From: Oscillospiraceae bacterium
GTDB taxonomy: Bacteria; Bacillota; Clostridia; Oscillospirales; Oscillospiraceae
Length of the DNA: 64,000 nt
Reading direction: 5' to 3'
Assembly (NCBI GenBank): GCA_022797115.1
Contig: JAAWKB010000003.1
Coordinates: 3 to 64,002, forward strand
Part shown: positions 1 to 9,204 of the stretch, one piece after another
How the letters are laid out: each line of letters opens with the position of its first letter
How positions within the stretch are numbered: position 1 is the first letter of the stretch
Program-made: the position numbers and the translations under genes
Notes under the pieces: model-generated
Told to the model about the DNA's origin: nothing
Databases searched by the model: none
What the model saw: the letters and a program-made list of their open reading frames with translations, nothing else

Positions 1-116
1 AAACGCTTTGTTTCTCACTCGCCTTTTTCTGCACCCCGTATGGCAGCTACCCTATTTCAATTTGTTGGTTGATACTGTTTTATGAGTAACTACCATTGGT
101 GGTCTTTCTTTTTAAC

Positions 117-191
117 TGGAGGCGACACCCGGATTTGAACCGGGGAATCAGGGTTTTGCAGACCCATGCCTTACCACTTGGCTATGTCGCC
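117..191 (-). tRNA. tRNA-Cys (anticodon GCA), CCA encoded
   Basis: rc = ggcgacatagccaagtggtaaggcatgggtctGCAaaaccctgattccccggttcaaatccgggtgtcgcctcca; acceptor stem and D, anticodon and T arms fold canonically. Confidence 0.9.
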
Positions 192-238
192 ATATATGAT
201 AACAGGAGCAGCATGGAACTTGCTCCTGTTATCCTCTG

Positions 239-314
239 TGGAGCGGGCGACGGGGCTCGAACCCGCTACCTCCACCTTGGCAAGGTGGCGCTCTACCAGA
301 TGAGCTACGCCCGC
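239..314 (-). tRNA. tRNA-Gly (anticodon GCC), CCA encoded
   Basis: rc = gcgggcgtagctcatctggtagagcgccaccttGCCaaggtggaggtagcgggttcgagccccgtcgcccgctcca. Confidence 0.9.
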
Positions 315-387
315 ATAGATGCACAACCTCCAACGTAACAAACTATGCTGCGCATAGCCCGCCAGATAATCCAGCTGCACATCATTA

Positions 388-463
<76 letters not shown>

Positions 464-494
464 ATATTGGACACATCCGTGTCCAAGGAGAAAA

Positions 495-571
495 TGGCGA
501 CCCAGAACGGGCTCGAACCGTCGACCTCCAGCGTGACAGGCTGGCGTTCTAACCAACTGAACTACTGGGCC
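495..571 (-). tRNA. tRNA-Asp (anticodon GTC), CCA encoded
   Basis: rc = ggcccagtagttcagttggttagaacgccagcctGTCacgctggaggtcgacggttcgagcccgttctgggtcgcca. Confidence 0.9.
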
Positions 572-599
572 ATTTTACTTCCCAGGAAGAGAGGGAAGA

Positions 600-676
600 T
601 GGTGGGAACAACTGGACTCGAACCAGTGACCCCCTGCTTGTAAGGCAGGTGCTCTAACCAGCTGAGCTATGCTCCC
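600..676 (-). tRNA. tRNA-Val (anticodon TAC), CCA encoded
   Basis: rc = gggagcatagctcagctggttagagcacctgccttTACaagcagggggtcactggttcgagtccagttgttcccacca. Confidence 0.9.
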
Positions 677-704
677 AAACGCTGTTTCCTGAACGGCGAG
701 GCTT

Positions 705-733
705 ATTATACTAAAACATCCAGCCAATGTCAA
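705..733 (-). promoter_or_regulatory. sigma-70/SigA-type promoter of the 5-tRNA operon
   Basis: On the minus strand: TTGACA (733-728), 17 nt spacer, TATAAT (710-705), about 30 nt upstream of tRNA-Val; perfect consensus. Confidence 0.7.
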
Positions 734-751
734 TATCAAAATCAAATTTTC

Positions 752-790
752 CTAGAAAAATTTTACGGAGGGCGGTTCCGCCCTCCGTAA
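752..790 (-). terminator. rho-independent terminator after the DUF2156-GNAT gene
   Basis: 13-bp inverted repeat ttacggagggcgg/ccgccctccgtaa (763-790), followed on the minus strand by aaaattttt. Confidence 0.7.
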
Positions 791-797
791 AGCCCCG

Positions 798-2201
798 TCA
801 GACGACTTTTTCAAAATAGAAATAGGTCTCATCCTGGCCGTTTGGCCGCATACAGGCCGCCAGCATCCGCTGGGACGCCTCGTTCTCGTGGAAGCACTTG
901 GCAACCAGCCGGGACAGGCCCAGCTCGTAAAGGCTCCACTCCGCCGCCCGGCGGAAGGCCTCCGCCCCGTAGCCGTTCCCGGCGTACTCCGGCAGGATGC
1001 GGCAGCCCAGCTCCGCGCCGCCCTTGTAGTCGAACTGGTAGAGCACGGCCTCCCCGATCAGCTTGCCATCCAGCCGCACGGCAAAATTGACCGCCAGCTT
1101 GTTGGCGAAATCCCGGCGGGCGACCTCCAGGAAATAGCCCTCTGTCAGCTCCCCGTCCAGATCCTTCCGGTAGTCATATCCCCACCAGCGGTTGCGCTCG
1201 TCATCCAGGCACAGGCGGTTGTAGGCGGCCTGGTCCCCATCCCGGAGGGCGTCCAGCGTCAGGCGCTCACTCTTGACAGTGGGGATCTTGTCCAGGCTGG
1301 ACAGCTCGTTGCGGGCCTGCACCCGAATCTTGGCCCCCATTCCGGCGGGCAGGTATTGCAGCTTACTGGTGCGCAGGCCCCGGTCCCCGGCGTCGTCCTC
1401 CCGGTTAATCCACCGCAGGCCCTCGCCATGGGCGGCGGCAAAGGACTGCACCATGGCGGGGTATACCCCCTCATACTGGGGCAGCCCCTTCTCGATGTGG
1501 CACACCAGGGTGTCCCCGCAGATCTCCCCCAGGGAGATGGCAAGCAGCTTGCCGTCCAGCTCGATGGCCCCGGCCTTCACCCATCGCTTGCCCACCTGCC
1601 GCATCAGTTTCCGGGCATAGCAGAGCTCCTTTTTCGCCAGTGCGTCCTCCTTGTTGAAGATCTGGTGGAATTCCTCCCAGAAGGCCTCCACCGCCTCGCT
1701 GTCCGCCTCCGTCAGCTCCCGGTAGGCGGCCTCCGGATAGAGCTTGCGGAACTTGTTGATATGGTTGCGCTGGCCGGAGTAGCGCCGGCCGGCAAATGTT
1801 ATCAGGTCCTCCGCCCGGTAGAGGTAGTCCTGCCACAGCCGGTCGTTGTCCACAACGGTGTAGGGATACCGCTCCATCAGGTGTTCCCGCTCCTCCGCAG
1901 GCACCACGCCGAAGACGGGGGCTGTGCCGTGCTCCACGCACCACGCGTCGATCTCATCCAGGGCCGCGTCAATGTCCCCCTCTCCGGGCAGGGGGACAGG
2001 GTAGTCGAAGATGGAGCCGAGATGGCTGCTGTGGTTGCGCACCACCAGGCAGCCGCTGCTCTCAGCGAACTCCGGATGCCAGTGCTGCCGCCACATGAGC
2101 TTTACGCCAACGGAGTACTCGCACAGGCGGTAGGTACATTGGCTGTAATACTTGCGCAGCCGGGCTGCGCTTTTGACTTGAATGGGTTTGAAATCCAACA
2201 T
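798..2201 (-). CDS. DUF2156 (MprF C-terminal-like) domain fused to a RimL/RimJ-type GNAT acetyltransferase
   Basis: ORF 798..2240. N-terminal ~300 aa contains RRYSGQRNHINKFRK, typical of DUF2156. C-terminal part contains GNGYGAEAFRRAAEWS...LVAKCFHENEASQRM (GNAT). Start placed at Met14 (MLDFKPIQ) to avoid overlapping the upstream gene stop; 2240 is also possible. Confidence 0.7.
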   Translation of the reverse strand: MLDFKPIQVKSAARLRKYYSQCTYRLCEYSVGVKLMWRQHWHPEFAESSGCLVVRNHSSHLGSIFDYPVPLPGEGDIDAALDEIDAWCVEHGTAPVFGVVPAEEREHLMERYPYTVVDNDRLWQDYLYRAEDLITFAGRRYSGQRNHINKFRKLYPEAAYRELTEADSEAVEAFWEEFHQIFNKEDALAKKELCYARKLMRQVGKRWVKAGAIELDGKLLAISLGEICGDTLVCHIEKGLPQYEGVYPAMVQSFAAAHGEGLRWINREDDAGDRGLRTSKLQYLPAGMGAKIRVQARNELSSLDKIPTVKSERLTLDALRDGDQAAYNRLCLDDERNRWWGYDYRKDLDGELTEGYFLEVARRDFANKLAVNFAVRLDGKLIGEAVLYQFDYKGGAELGCRILPEYAGNGYGAEAFRRAAEWSLYELGLSRLVAKCFHENEASQRMLAACMRPNGQDETYFYFEKVV

Positions 2202-2214
2202 AAAGGTTCTATGC

Positions 2215-3099
2215 TCACTTCTCTTTCGTGTTTTTTCCATCCACCAGATGGACGTTCAGATGGTTGTAGGTCATGGTGACGCCGTCCTCCTCGAAAGCCC
2301 GGCGGAGCTCCTCCAGGGCGGTGTTGTTGGCATCCCAGAAGTGGGGCGTCTCCGCCCAGAAGCGGACGCGGTACTCGATGGCGCTCTCCCCGTAGGCGGT
2401 CAGGACCACCTGGGGGGCGGGGTCCGGCAGGACATGCGGGGTGCGGGAGACCGCCTTGAGGCAGGCGGCCCGGACCGCAGCCGTGCTGTCATCGTAAGAG
2501 GCGCTCACCGCCAGGTCCGCCCGCCGGACGCCCCGCACGGTGTAGTTGGTGATCTTCCCCGCCACAACCTTGCTGTTTGGCAGCATGACCCGCTGCCCGC
2601 TGAAGGTATCCAGCTTGATGTGGGTCAGGGTGATCTCCGCCACCTCGCCCTCCCCCTCGCCGGTGTCCACATAATCCCCCAGGGAGAAAGGCTTGGAAAA
2701 CAGCAGCACCATGCCGCCGGCCACGTTGGACAGCACGTCCTGTACCGCCAGAGAGACGGCCAGCCCGAACACGCTGACCAGCGCGATCAGGCTGGTCACA
2801 TCCACGCCCAGGCTGCCCGCCGCCACCAGGGCGGCCAGCAGGTAGAGCAGCGCCTTGACCCCCCGGAGCAGGTAGGGCCGGAGCCTGGGGTCCAAATGGG
2901 AGCGGTCCGCCAGCCGCTTCAGCAGGGCCATCACCAGCCGGGAGGCCGCCAGAAGCGCCGCCAGCAGTACTACGGTGAGCAGGACCCGCTTCATGGACAG
3001 CATTCCCCAAGCAGCCTGCATCCATCCGCCCACCGCGGAGGCGCTCCCGCCGGAGGCCATGTCCTCCAGCAGGGCGGCGGGATCAACGGTATTTTCCAT
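2215..3099 (-). CDS. small-conductance mechanosensitive channel (MscS family)
   Basis: ORF 2215..3231. TM helices followed by LSNVAGGMVLLFSKPFSLGDYV...GEVAEITLTHIKLDTFSGQRVMLPNSKV (MscS beta-domain signature). Start set at MENTVDP (3099). Confidence 0.85.
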   Translation of the reverse strand: MENTVDPAALLEDMASGGSASAVGGWMQAAWGMLSMKRVLLTVVLLAALLAASRLVMALLKRLADRSHLDPRLRPYLLRGVKALLYLLAALVAAGSLGVDVTSLIALVSVFGLAVSLAVQDVLSNVAGGMVLLFSKPFSLGDYVDTGEGEGEVAEITLTHIKLDTFSGQRVMLPNSKVVAGKITNYTVRGVRRADLAVSASYDDSTAAVRAACLKAVSRTPHVLPDPAPQVVLTAYGESAIEYRVRFWAETPHFWDANNTALEELRRAFEEDGVTMTYNHLNVHLVDGKNTKEK

Positions 3100-3378
3100 G
3101 AACGGCAATCCTTTCCGGTTTGATTGGGGCCGGGCTGGGCCCGACCTGTTCAATCTAATAGGATACCATATTTTGGCAGACTTGAGAAGCGTTTTTTTAT
3201 TTTGGGTGGGAAAATGGGAAATTATGGACAAAGCTTTTCCAGAAAAATCGTTAGCTTGTACAAAAATTTTTCGGACTTGACGGCAGGGGGTTTTCTTTTT
3301 CGTTAAAATCGTGTAAAATAGCGCTGTGTAAAGGGGGCGGACTGCCCCTGTGGGAATTTACAAGAGGAGGAGAAACGT

Positions 3379-4716
3379 ATGGACAAATTCTTTAAGATCA
3401 CAGAGCGCGGCAGTTCGCTGCGCACGGAGATCATAGGCGGCGTCGTGACCTTTTTCTCGATGGCCTACATCATCTTCGTCAACCCCAACTATCTGTCGGC
3501 CGCCGGCATGAACTGGCACGCCGTCATGCTGGCTACCTGCATCAGCGCGGCCATCGGCTGTTTCCTGACCGCCATGCTGGCCAACGTGCCCTTCGCCCAG
3601 GCCCCCGGCATGGGGCTGAACGCCTTTTTCACCTATACCCTCTGCTTCGGCATGGGGTACACCTGGCAGCAGGGCCTGGCCATTGTGCTCGTCAGCGGCC
3701 TGCTGTTCCTGGCGGTGACGGTCTCGCCCCTGCGCAGCCAGATCATCGCCTCCATCCCCGCTGACCTGAAAGCGGCCATCTCCGCCGGTATCGGCCTGTT
3801 TATCACCTTCATCGGTATGCTGAACGCGGATATTGTCAAGCTGATCGGGGACACAGTGGTGGACGGCGTGGTCGTCGCCACCGACTACTCCGACATGGGC
3901 AATATCCTCCACGGGCCCGCCCTGCTGGCCCTCATCGGCCTGCTGATCATCTCCATCCTGCTGGCCTATAAGGTGAAGGGCGCCATCTTCATCGGCATCA
4001 TCGCCACCACCCTGATCGGCGTCCCTATGGGCCTGACGGTGTACAACCCCGACCCTGTCAGCTTCTCCGTGCTGGGGGAGACCTTCGGCAAGCTGAGCTT
4101 CTCCGGCATCTTTGCCGTGGACGGCGGCGTGCTGGCCTTTATCACCGCAGTCATCACCTTTTTCATCTGCGACTGCTTTGACACGGTAGGCACCCTCATC
4201 GGCACCGCCCGCTCTGCGGGGATGCTGGACCGGCGGGGCAACCTCCCCGGCGGCGACCGGGCCCTGATTGCTGACGCTGTGGCCACCTGCACCGGCGCGA
4301 TCTTCGGCACCTCCACTGTCACCACCTTCGTGGAGTCCTCCACTGGCATTGCCGAGGGTGCGCGGACCGGACTGAGCTCCCTGGTTGTGGGTGTGCTCTT
4401 CCTGCTCAGCTGCTTCTTCGCCCCCATCGCCGGGATTGTCCCCTCCGCCGCCACCGCCCCGGCCCTCATCATTGTGGGTGTGTTCATGCTCAAGAGCGCC
4501 GCGGAGATCGCCTGGGATGACATTGAGATCGCCATCCCCTGTTTCCTCACCATTGCTACCATGCCCTTTGCCTACAGCATCGGGGACGGCATTGGCTTCG
4601 GCTTCATCTCTTACTCCCTCATCAAGCTGGCCCGTGGGAAGGCCAAGGAGGTCCCTGTCCTGATCTATGTCCTGTCCATTGCTTTCGGGGCCATGTTTGC
4701 CCTGACATATCTCTAA
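3379..4716 (+). CDS. NCS2-family purine permease (adenine/guanine/hypoxanthine, AzgA/PbuG-like)
   Basis: MDKFFKITERGSSLRTEIIGGVVTFFSMAYIIFVNP is the characteristic N-terminus; polytopic; RBS aggaggag 7 nt upstream. Confidence 0.9.
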   Translation: MDKFFKITERGSSLRTEIIGGVVTFFSMAYIIFVNPNYLSAAGMNWHAVMLATCISAAIGCFLTAMLANVPFAQAPGMGLNAFFTYTLCFGMGYTWQQGLAIVLVSGLLFLAVTVSPLRSQIIASIPADLKAAISAGIGLFITFIGMLNADIVKLIGDTVVDGVVVATDYSDMGNILHGPALLALIGLLIISILLAYKVKGAIFIGIIATTLIGVPMGLTVYNPDPVSFSVLGETFGKLSFSGIFAVDGGVLAFITAVITFFICDCFDTVGTLIGTARSAGMLDRRGNLPGGDRALIADAVATCTGAIFGTSTVTTFVESSTGIAEGARTGLSSLVVGVLFLLSCFFAPIAGIVPSAATAPALIIVGVFMLKSAAEIAWDDIEIAIPCFLTIATMPFAYSIGDGIGFGFISYSLIKLARGKAKEVPVLIYVLSIAFGAMFALTYL

Positions 4717-4830
4717 GCGCGCAGCCATAAGGCTGCCTGATAGGAAAGTGACACCCGCTGGGAAGCAGCTGCTTTTCAGCGGGTGTCGTAATCATAGGGA
4801 TAAAATGCCGGACAAAGGGGGGATTTCTGC

Positions 4831-5688
4831 ATGGAGCAATTTCGGTATTCCACAGTAAAAACACTGGTTCAGGCGGCGGTCTATTTTCTGCTGTTTTTAG
4901 CGGGAGACTTGGGCAGCAGCGTGGTATTTGATGGTATCTTTTCTGCGGTATCGCTCCCGAGCAGCGAGTGGTACGTGATTTTCAGGATGGCCGGTTCCCT
5001 GCTGCTCACGCTGCTTTTTTTCTGGTTGTACACAACGAGGTGCCTCCATTTGGAAATGGCGGACTTCTGGATTACGTTTGGTGTAAAAAAATGGGGCGTT
5101 ATCCTATCCGTTCTGCTCCCCGCGTTTGTTGTCGCCATATTTCTGATGCTGGGGGAGCTGGAGGTAAACGCAGTTGGCTGCGGCGACGCGGTGTTAGCGG
5201 TTGCCGCCTCTGCAATGATCGCTTTAAAATCTGGCATCTTAGAGGAAATGCTGTTCCGCGGCTTCATGATGAAGCTGCTTGCGGTCCGATGGAATCCGTA
5301 TATTGCGATCCTGGTCCCGTCATTTGTATTCGGCCTGGTACATATTCCCGCAATGGAAAGCTTCACGGTGGGAGGCGTTGCCCTTTTAGTGGCCAGCGGC
5401 ACGATGGTTGGGGTCATGTTCTCTCTGGCGGCCTACCAGGGGAAATCTGTCAGCAACAGCGCCCTCATGCACGCTATATGGAATTTTGTGATGATTACCA
5501 GTGTTTTACACATCACGACAGCGCAGGGGGCTTATGGCAGCCCGCTTTTTCAAATCACCATACCGCCGGACAATATCTTAGTGACTGGGGGAGGGTTCGG
5601 AATAGAGGCGTCCTTCATTGCCCTGGTTGGATACGTGCTGGTTTGCGCCGTATTGCTCATCCAAGCAAAGCGGACCGTTTCCGGCTGA
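4831..5688 (+). CDS. CPBP-family intramembrane metalloprotease (CAAX protease / Abi-like)
   Basis: Motifs EEMLFRGF, FGLVHIP and HAIWNF in a multi-TM protein. Confidence 0.85.
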   Translation: MEQFRYSTVKTLVQAAVYFLLFLAGDLGSSVVFDGIFSAVSLPSSEWYVIFRMAGSLLLTLLFFWLYTTRCLHLEMADFWITFGVKKWGVILSVLLPAFVVAIFLMLGELEVNAVGCGDAVLAVAASAMIALKSGILEEMLFRGFMMKLLAVRWNPYIAILVPSFVFGLVHIPAMESFTVGGVALLVASGTMVGVMFSLAAYQGKSVSNSALMHAIWNFVMITSVLHITTAQGAYGSPLFQITIPPDNILVTGGGFGIEASFIALVGYVLVCAVLLIQAKRTVSG

Positions 5689-5752
5689 GCGCAATGCCTA
5701 TCAGCAGCGTCCCGGCAGGGCAATCCAGCAGAAAAAGGGAACCCCACAGACC

Positions 5753-6667
5753 TTATTGGGCTGTGGGGTTCTTCTTATCCTGCTCTGTGTTGTGCATCGC
5801 GCCGACAATCCGCTTGGAGTAGCTGATAAATGCCCCGATCATGGGTGCGGCCTCTGCCAGGGAGGGGACCGCAATCCCGATATGGCGGCTGGCGGGCGGG
5901 TCCAGGGGAAGGGTGCGCACATGGTCCCGCCGCCCCTGGAGGACCAGCTGGGAGAGGATGCTCACCCCCAGGCCGTGCTCCACCATGGATAGGATGGCCG
6001 CATCCTCCACGCTGGTGTTGTCGCGGATGTCCGGCCGGACCCCCTGTGCGTCAAATACCTCCAGGATGTCCAGGTCAAACCCCAGGGAGGGCATCAAAAA
6101 CTCCTTGCCCGCAAAGGACGGTACCGGGAAACAGTCCCCATCCCCCAGCGGATAGTCCGGGGGCAGGATGGCCAGCAGCGGGTCGTCCCACAGGGGGACC
6201 CAGTCGTAACGGCCTTGGTCCCGGCGGCTGGCAAAGCTGAGATCCACCTTGCCCTCCCGCAGCCACTGGAAGATCTCCGCCACACTGCCCATGCGGATAT
6301 CTACCGACACGTCCGGGTAGGCCCACCGGAACTGCTGGACAATGGTGGGCAGCCAGTGCATACAGATGCTGGAGTAGGCCGCCACCCGGATATTCTCCCG
6401 CTTCTGGTTGTTCTGGGCGGCAATCTGGCCCTCCAGCCGCCGGTTGGCGTCGATCAGCTCCTGGACGGCGGGCAGCAGGCGCTCCCCGCCGGCGGTCAGC
6501 CGCACGCCGTACCGGTCCCGGAGCAGAAGGGGGAACCCAACCTCCTTCTCCAGTGCGTTCATCATGTGGGTCAGGCCCGACTGGGTCAGGCCCAGCCGCG
6601 CCGCCGCCCGGGTGAAGCTGCCCAGCTCCACCGCTGTGAGCATAGCCTCCCACTTCTTTGTCTCCAT
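5753..6667 (-). CDS. LysR-family transcriptional regulator
   Basis: N-terminal wHTH LTAVELGSFTRAAARLGLTQSGLTHMMNALEKEVGFPLLLR plus a C-terminal substrate-binding domain. Confidence 0.9.
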   Translation of the reverse strand: METKKWEAMLTAVELGSFTRAAARLGLTQSGLTHMMNALEKEVGFPLLLRDRYGVRLTAGGERLLPAVQELIDANRRLEGQIAAQNNQKRENIRVAAYSSICMHWLPTIVQQFRWAYPDVSVDIRMGSVAEIFQWLREGKVDLSFASRRDQGRYDWVPLWDDPLLAILPPDYPLGDGDCFPVPSFAGKEFLMPSLGFDLDILEVFDAQGVRPDIRDNTSVEDAAILSMVEHGLGVSILSQLVLQGRRDHVRTLPLDPPASRHIGIAVPSLAEAAPMIGAFISYSKRIVGAMHNTEQDKKNPTAQ

Positions 6668-6786
6668 GGCGCGCCTCCTTTTGTGCTCATGGACTGATTA
6701 TAAAGCATCTGTGGAAAAAGGCAAGGGGAAACGGCGTGCCCGGTCAGAGGGGCAGCAACGCCGTTTCTGTCAAAAAAACAGCGGCC

Positions 6787-7098
6787 CTATGCGCCGCCCC
6801 GCTCCCGCCGCAGTACATCCACCAGCCGCCCGACCGCTTCTGCCTCCGCCTCGCTCAGGCCGTGGGTGTGGATCACGCCGCCCCCTCTCTCCGGGAATAC
6901 CAGCGCATCCACGGAGAAGTCCAGAATTTCCATCATCTGGAACAGCAGCGGCACCGACGGCTTCCTGCGGGAACTCTCCATGTTTTTCAGATGGATGGGT
7001 GTGATATCCAGCAGTTCTGCCAACGCTTCCTGGGTCAGCCCCTTCCTCATGCGGGCGGCCCGGATGGCTTCCCCCAGCTCCCATATTTCTGCGTTCAT
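6787..7098 (-). CDS. XRE-family helix-turn-helix regulator
   Basis: LGEAIRAARMRKGLTQEALAELLDITPIHLKNMESSRRKPSVPLLFQM; divergent from the 7207 gene. Confidence 0.85.
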   Translation of the reverse strand: MNAEIWELGEAIRAARMRKGLTQEALAELLDITPIHLKNMESSRRKPSVPLLFQMMEILDFSVDALVFPERGGGVIHTHGLSEAEAEAVGRLVDVLRRERGGA

Positions 7099-7206
7099 TT
7101 CTCTCAGCTCCCTTTGCCGTTATCTTACAGACAACAATTCCTCTTGCAAATTGTCTCAAAGAATACTATAATATATTCAGAAAGATAACCAAAGGAGCGA
7201 TCAACC

Positions 7207-7803
7207 ATGCAGCTTTTCATTCTGGCCACCGCCGCAGCACTGCTGGCAGGGGCCATTTGGCGCACATGGGCCGCCGTCAGGCCCAGCCAGCCGCCTCCGG
7301 AGGATGAGCCGCCTGCCCTGCGGCCGGAGGAAACCGCGGCGGCGGCGGAACGCCTGGGGGAGGCCATTGATCTGCTGCGGGAGGTTATGGACCACCCGCA
7401 GCTGGGCGGGCCGGGTTCGCTGACAGTCCAGTTCCCGCAGCAGCTCTATGCGGGCAGTTTCCCCACCGTGACAGCCCAGTTCCCCAACATCAACGAGGCG
7501 TTGTACCGCCGGGCAGTCCGCCGGGAGCTGGAGCAGGGGGAGCTGGTCGAGGCAGGGGTCCCGGAGCGGCTGTTCGGCCACAACCCATCCTTTTCCGCAG
7601 AGGGCGGCGGCGTGGTGTTGGTCAGCGCGGAGGTCTACGGCCTGGCCCCTTCGCTGGAGAAGCAGCTGGCCGACCGCCGGGGCCGCAGCGCGGCATTGAC
7701 GGCGCTGGCGGAGGCCCTGCGGCAGCGGTATCCGGAGCTGTCCGTGCGGAGCTTTGGGGCGGATCTGCTGCTTTCGCCGCTGCGGGAGGCGGACAGGGGA
7801 TAG
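7207..7803 (+). CDS. hypothetical membrane-anchored protein
   Basis: ATG with RBS aaaggag; N-terminal TM helix (LFILATAAALLAGAIW), then a Pro/Glu/Ala-rich linker; no family recognised. Confidence 0.55.
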   Translation: MQLFILATAAALLAGAIWRTWAAVRPSQPPPEDEPPALRPEETAAAAERLGEAIDLLREVMDHPQLGGPGSLTVQFPQQLYAGSFPTVTAQFPNINEALYRRAVRRELEQGELVEAGVPERLFGHNPSFSAEGGGVVLVSAEVYGLAPSLEKQLADRRGRSAALTALAEALRQRYPELSVRSFGADLLLSPLREADRG

Positions 7804-7864
7804 GGGGCTGCGGCAGCCCCGCAGAAATCGATCCTTTTCCGCAGCCCGCCCTCCGTCAGGCTGT

Positions 7865-8013
7865 CAAAAAAGCCCTCCGCAGGAGTTCATGCCGAAGGCG
7901 TGAATCCATTTCAATCACTTTTTCGGGGGCGTGTACCTCGAAAAAGTACTTTGCGGGCCGAACTCGGCCCGATCCCCTTTCTCAAAAAAGATGCGAAGCA
8001 TCTTTTTTGACAC
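7865..8013 (+). repeat. mosaic hairpin repeat, copy A (long form)
   Basis: Shares a perfect 23-mer (caaaaaagccctccgcaggagtt) and collinear hairpin modules with the reverse complement of 31899-32091. Ends with an A6-stem-T6 hairpin (7984-8008) and cttttttgacac. Confidence 0.7.
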
Positions 8014-8019
8014 GCAGGC

Positions 8020-8052
8020 GGAGGGCGTCCCGATCCAGGGACGCCCTCCGTT
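8020..8052. terminator. GC-rich hairpin between convergent genes
   Basis: ggagggcgtccc/gatcca/gggacgccctcc (8020-8049), then gttt; lies 16 nt from the stop of the carboxypeptidase gene. Confidence 0.55.
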
Positions 8053-8067
8053 TCTCCCTATGCTGTT

Positions 8068-9204
8068 TTATCCGCCCATAAACGCCATTTTCAGGCACCG
8101 CTGGAGGATCTGCCAGTAGGTGAGCCGGGGCACGGCCTGGCTGGCCACCAGGGGGATGGCGGCCAGGGTCTGGCCCTGGGAGGTGACGGTCATGCGTCCA
8201 AGCTCCTGCCCCTCCTCCACAGGGGCGGCCAGCTCATCCTCCAGCTCCACTTGGACCTCCATAGCGGCCAGCTTCTCCTTTGCGCCCAGGATGGTGCTGT
8301 CCCCCGCCAGGCGGGGCATGACGGACGCAGCCTCCCCCAGGGTGACGGGGATGGGCTGGAAGGGCGCGGGGGGCTCCGCCGTGGCGAGGGCGTAGGCGGC
8401 AAAGCCGTAGTTAAGCAGGACCTTGGCACCCTCAAAACGCTGGGTGGAGGTGGGGGCCTTGAGGATGACGGCGATCAGCTCCATGCCGTCCCGCTCCGCC
8501 GTGGCGGACAGGCAGTAGAGGGCTCCGTCTGTGCTGCCGGTCTTGAGCCCCGTAGCCCCCTGGTAGTAGCGGATGAGCTTGTTGGTATTATTCAGGCCGA
8601 AGGCCCCGTCCCGGAGACTGTCCATCCAGATGGTGGTGAAGCGCCGGATATCCGGATGGTGCAAAATCAGCTCCCGGCTCATCAGGGCGATATCGTAGGC
8701 GCTGGTAACGTGGCCGGAGGCGGGCAGGCCGGTGGGATTGAGGAAATGGGTGTCCTCCATCCCCAGCTCCTTCGCCCGCTGGTTCATCTTCTCCACAAAC
8801 GCCTCCGCACTGCCGGCCAGATGCTCGCCCAGGGCGACGCTGGCGTCGTTGGCGGAGGCCACACAGACCGCCTTGAGCATATCCTCCACGCTCATCTGCT
8901 CGTTCTCCTTCAGCCAGACCTGGCTGCCGCCCATGGAGCAGGCGTAGGCGGAGGCAGTCACCATGTCGTCGTAGCGCAGCGCGCCGGAGTCGATGGCCTC
9001 CATGACCAGGAGGACGGTCATAATCTTCGTTACACTGGCGGGCTCCAGCTGCTCGTGCTCGTTGACCGCGTACAGCACCTCGCCGGTGCTCTTCTCCATC
9101 AGCAGGCAGGCCCGGCTCTCCACCGCCAGCTCCTCCGCCCGGGCCGCCGGGGACAGGGCCAGAAGAAGCAGCAGGGCCAGCAGGCCGGTCAGGATTCGTT
9201 TCAT
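8068..9204 (-). CDS. D-alanyl-D-alanine carboxypeptidase (PBP5/6-type, S11 peptidase)
   Basis: ORF 8068..9582. Start set at MKRILTGLLALLLLLALSPAARA (signal peptide). Active-site SVTK in PASVTKIMT, SAN in ASANDA, KTG in GLKTGST. Confidence 0.9.
   Translation of the reverse strand: MKRILTGLLALLLLLALSPAARAEELAVESRACLLMEKSTGEVLYAVNEHEQLEPASVTKIMTVLLVMEAIDSGALRYDDMVTASAYACSMGGSQVWLKENEQMSVEDMLKAVCVASANDASVALGEHLAGSAEAFVEKMNQRAKELGMEDTHFLNPTGLPASGHVTSAYDIALMSRELILHHPDIRRFTTIWMDSLRDGAFGLNNTNKLIRYYQGATGLKTGSTDGALYCLSATAERDGMELIAVILKAPTSTQRFEGAKVLLNYGFAAYALATAEPPAPFQPIPVTLGEAASVMPRLAGDSTILGAKEKLAAMEVQVELEDELAAPVEEGQELGRMTVTSQGQTLAAIPLVASQAVPRLTYWQILQRCLKMAFMGG

Noticed and set aside
3232-3378. Possible purine riboswitch upstream of the NCS2 purine permease
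   Set aside because: I could not find the conserved purine-riboswitch core (three-way junction with the U/C-specifying pocket and loop-loop motifs). Only a short GC hairpin (gggggcggactgcccc) is present.
7998-8013. TTGACA inside the CTTTTTTGACAC motif acting as a promoter -35 box
   Set aside because: None of the five copies has a TATAAT-like hexamer 16-18 nt downstream. The downstream sequence is the GC-rich hairpin.
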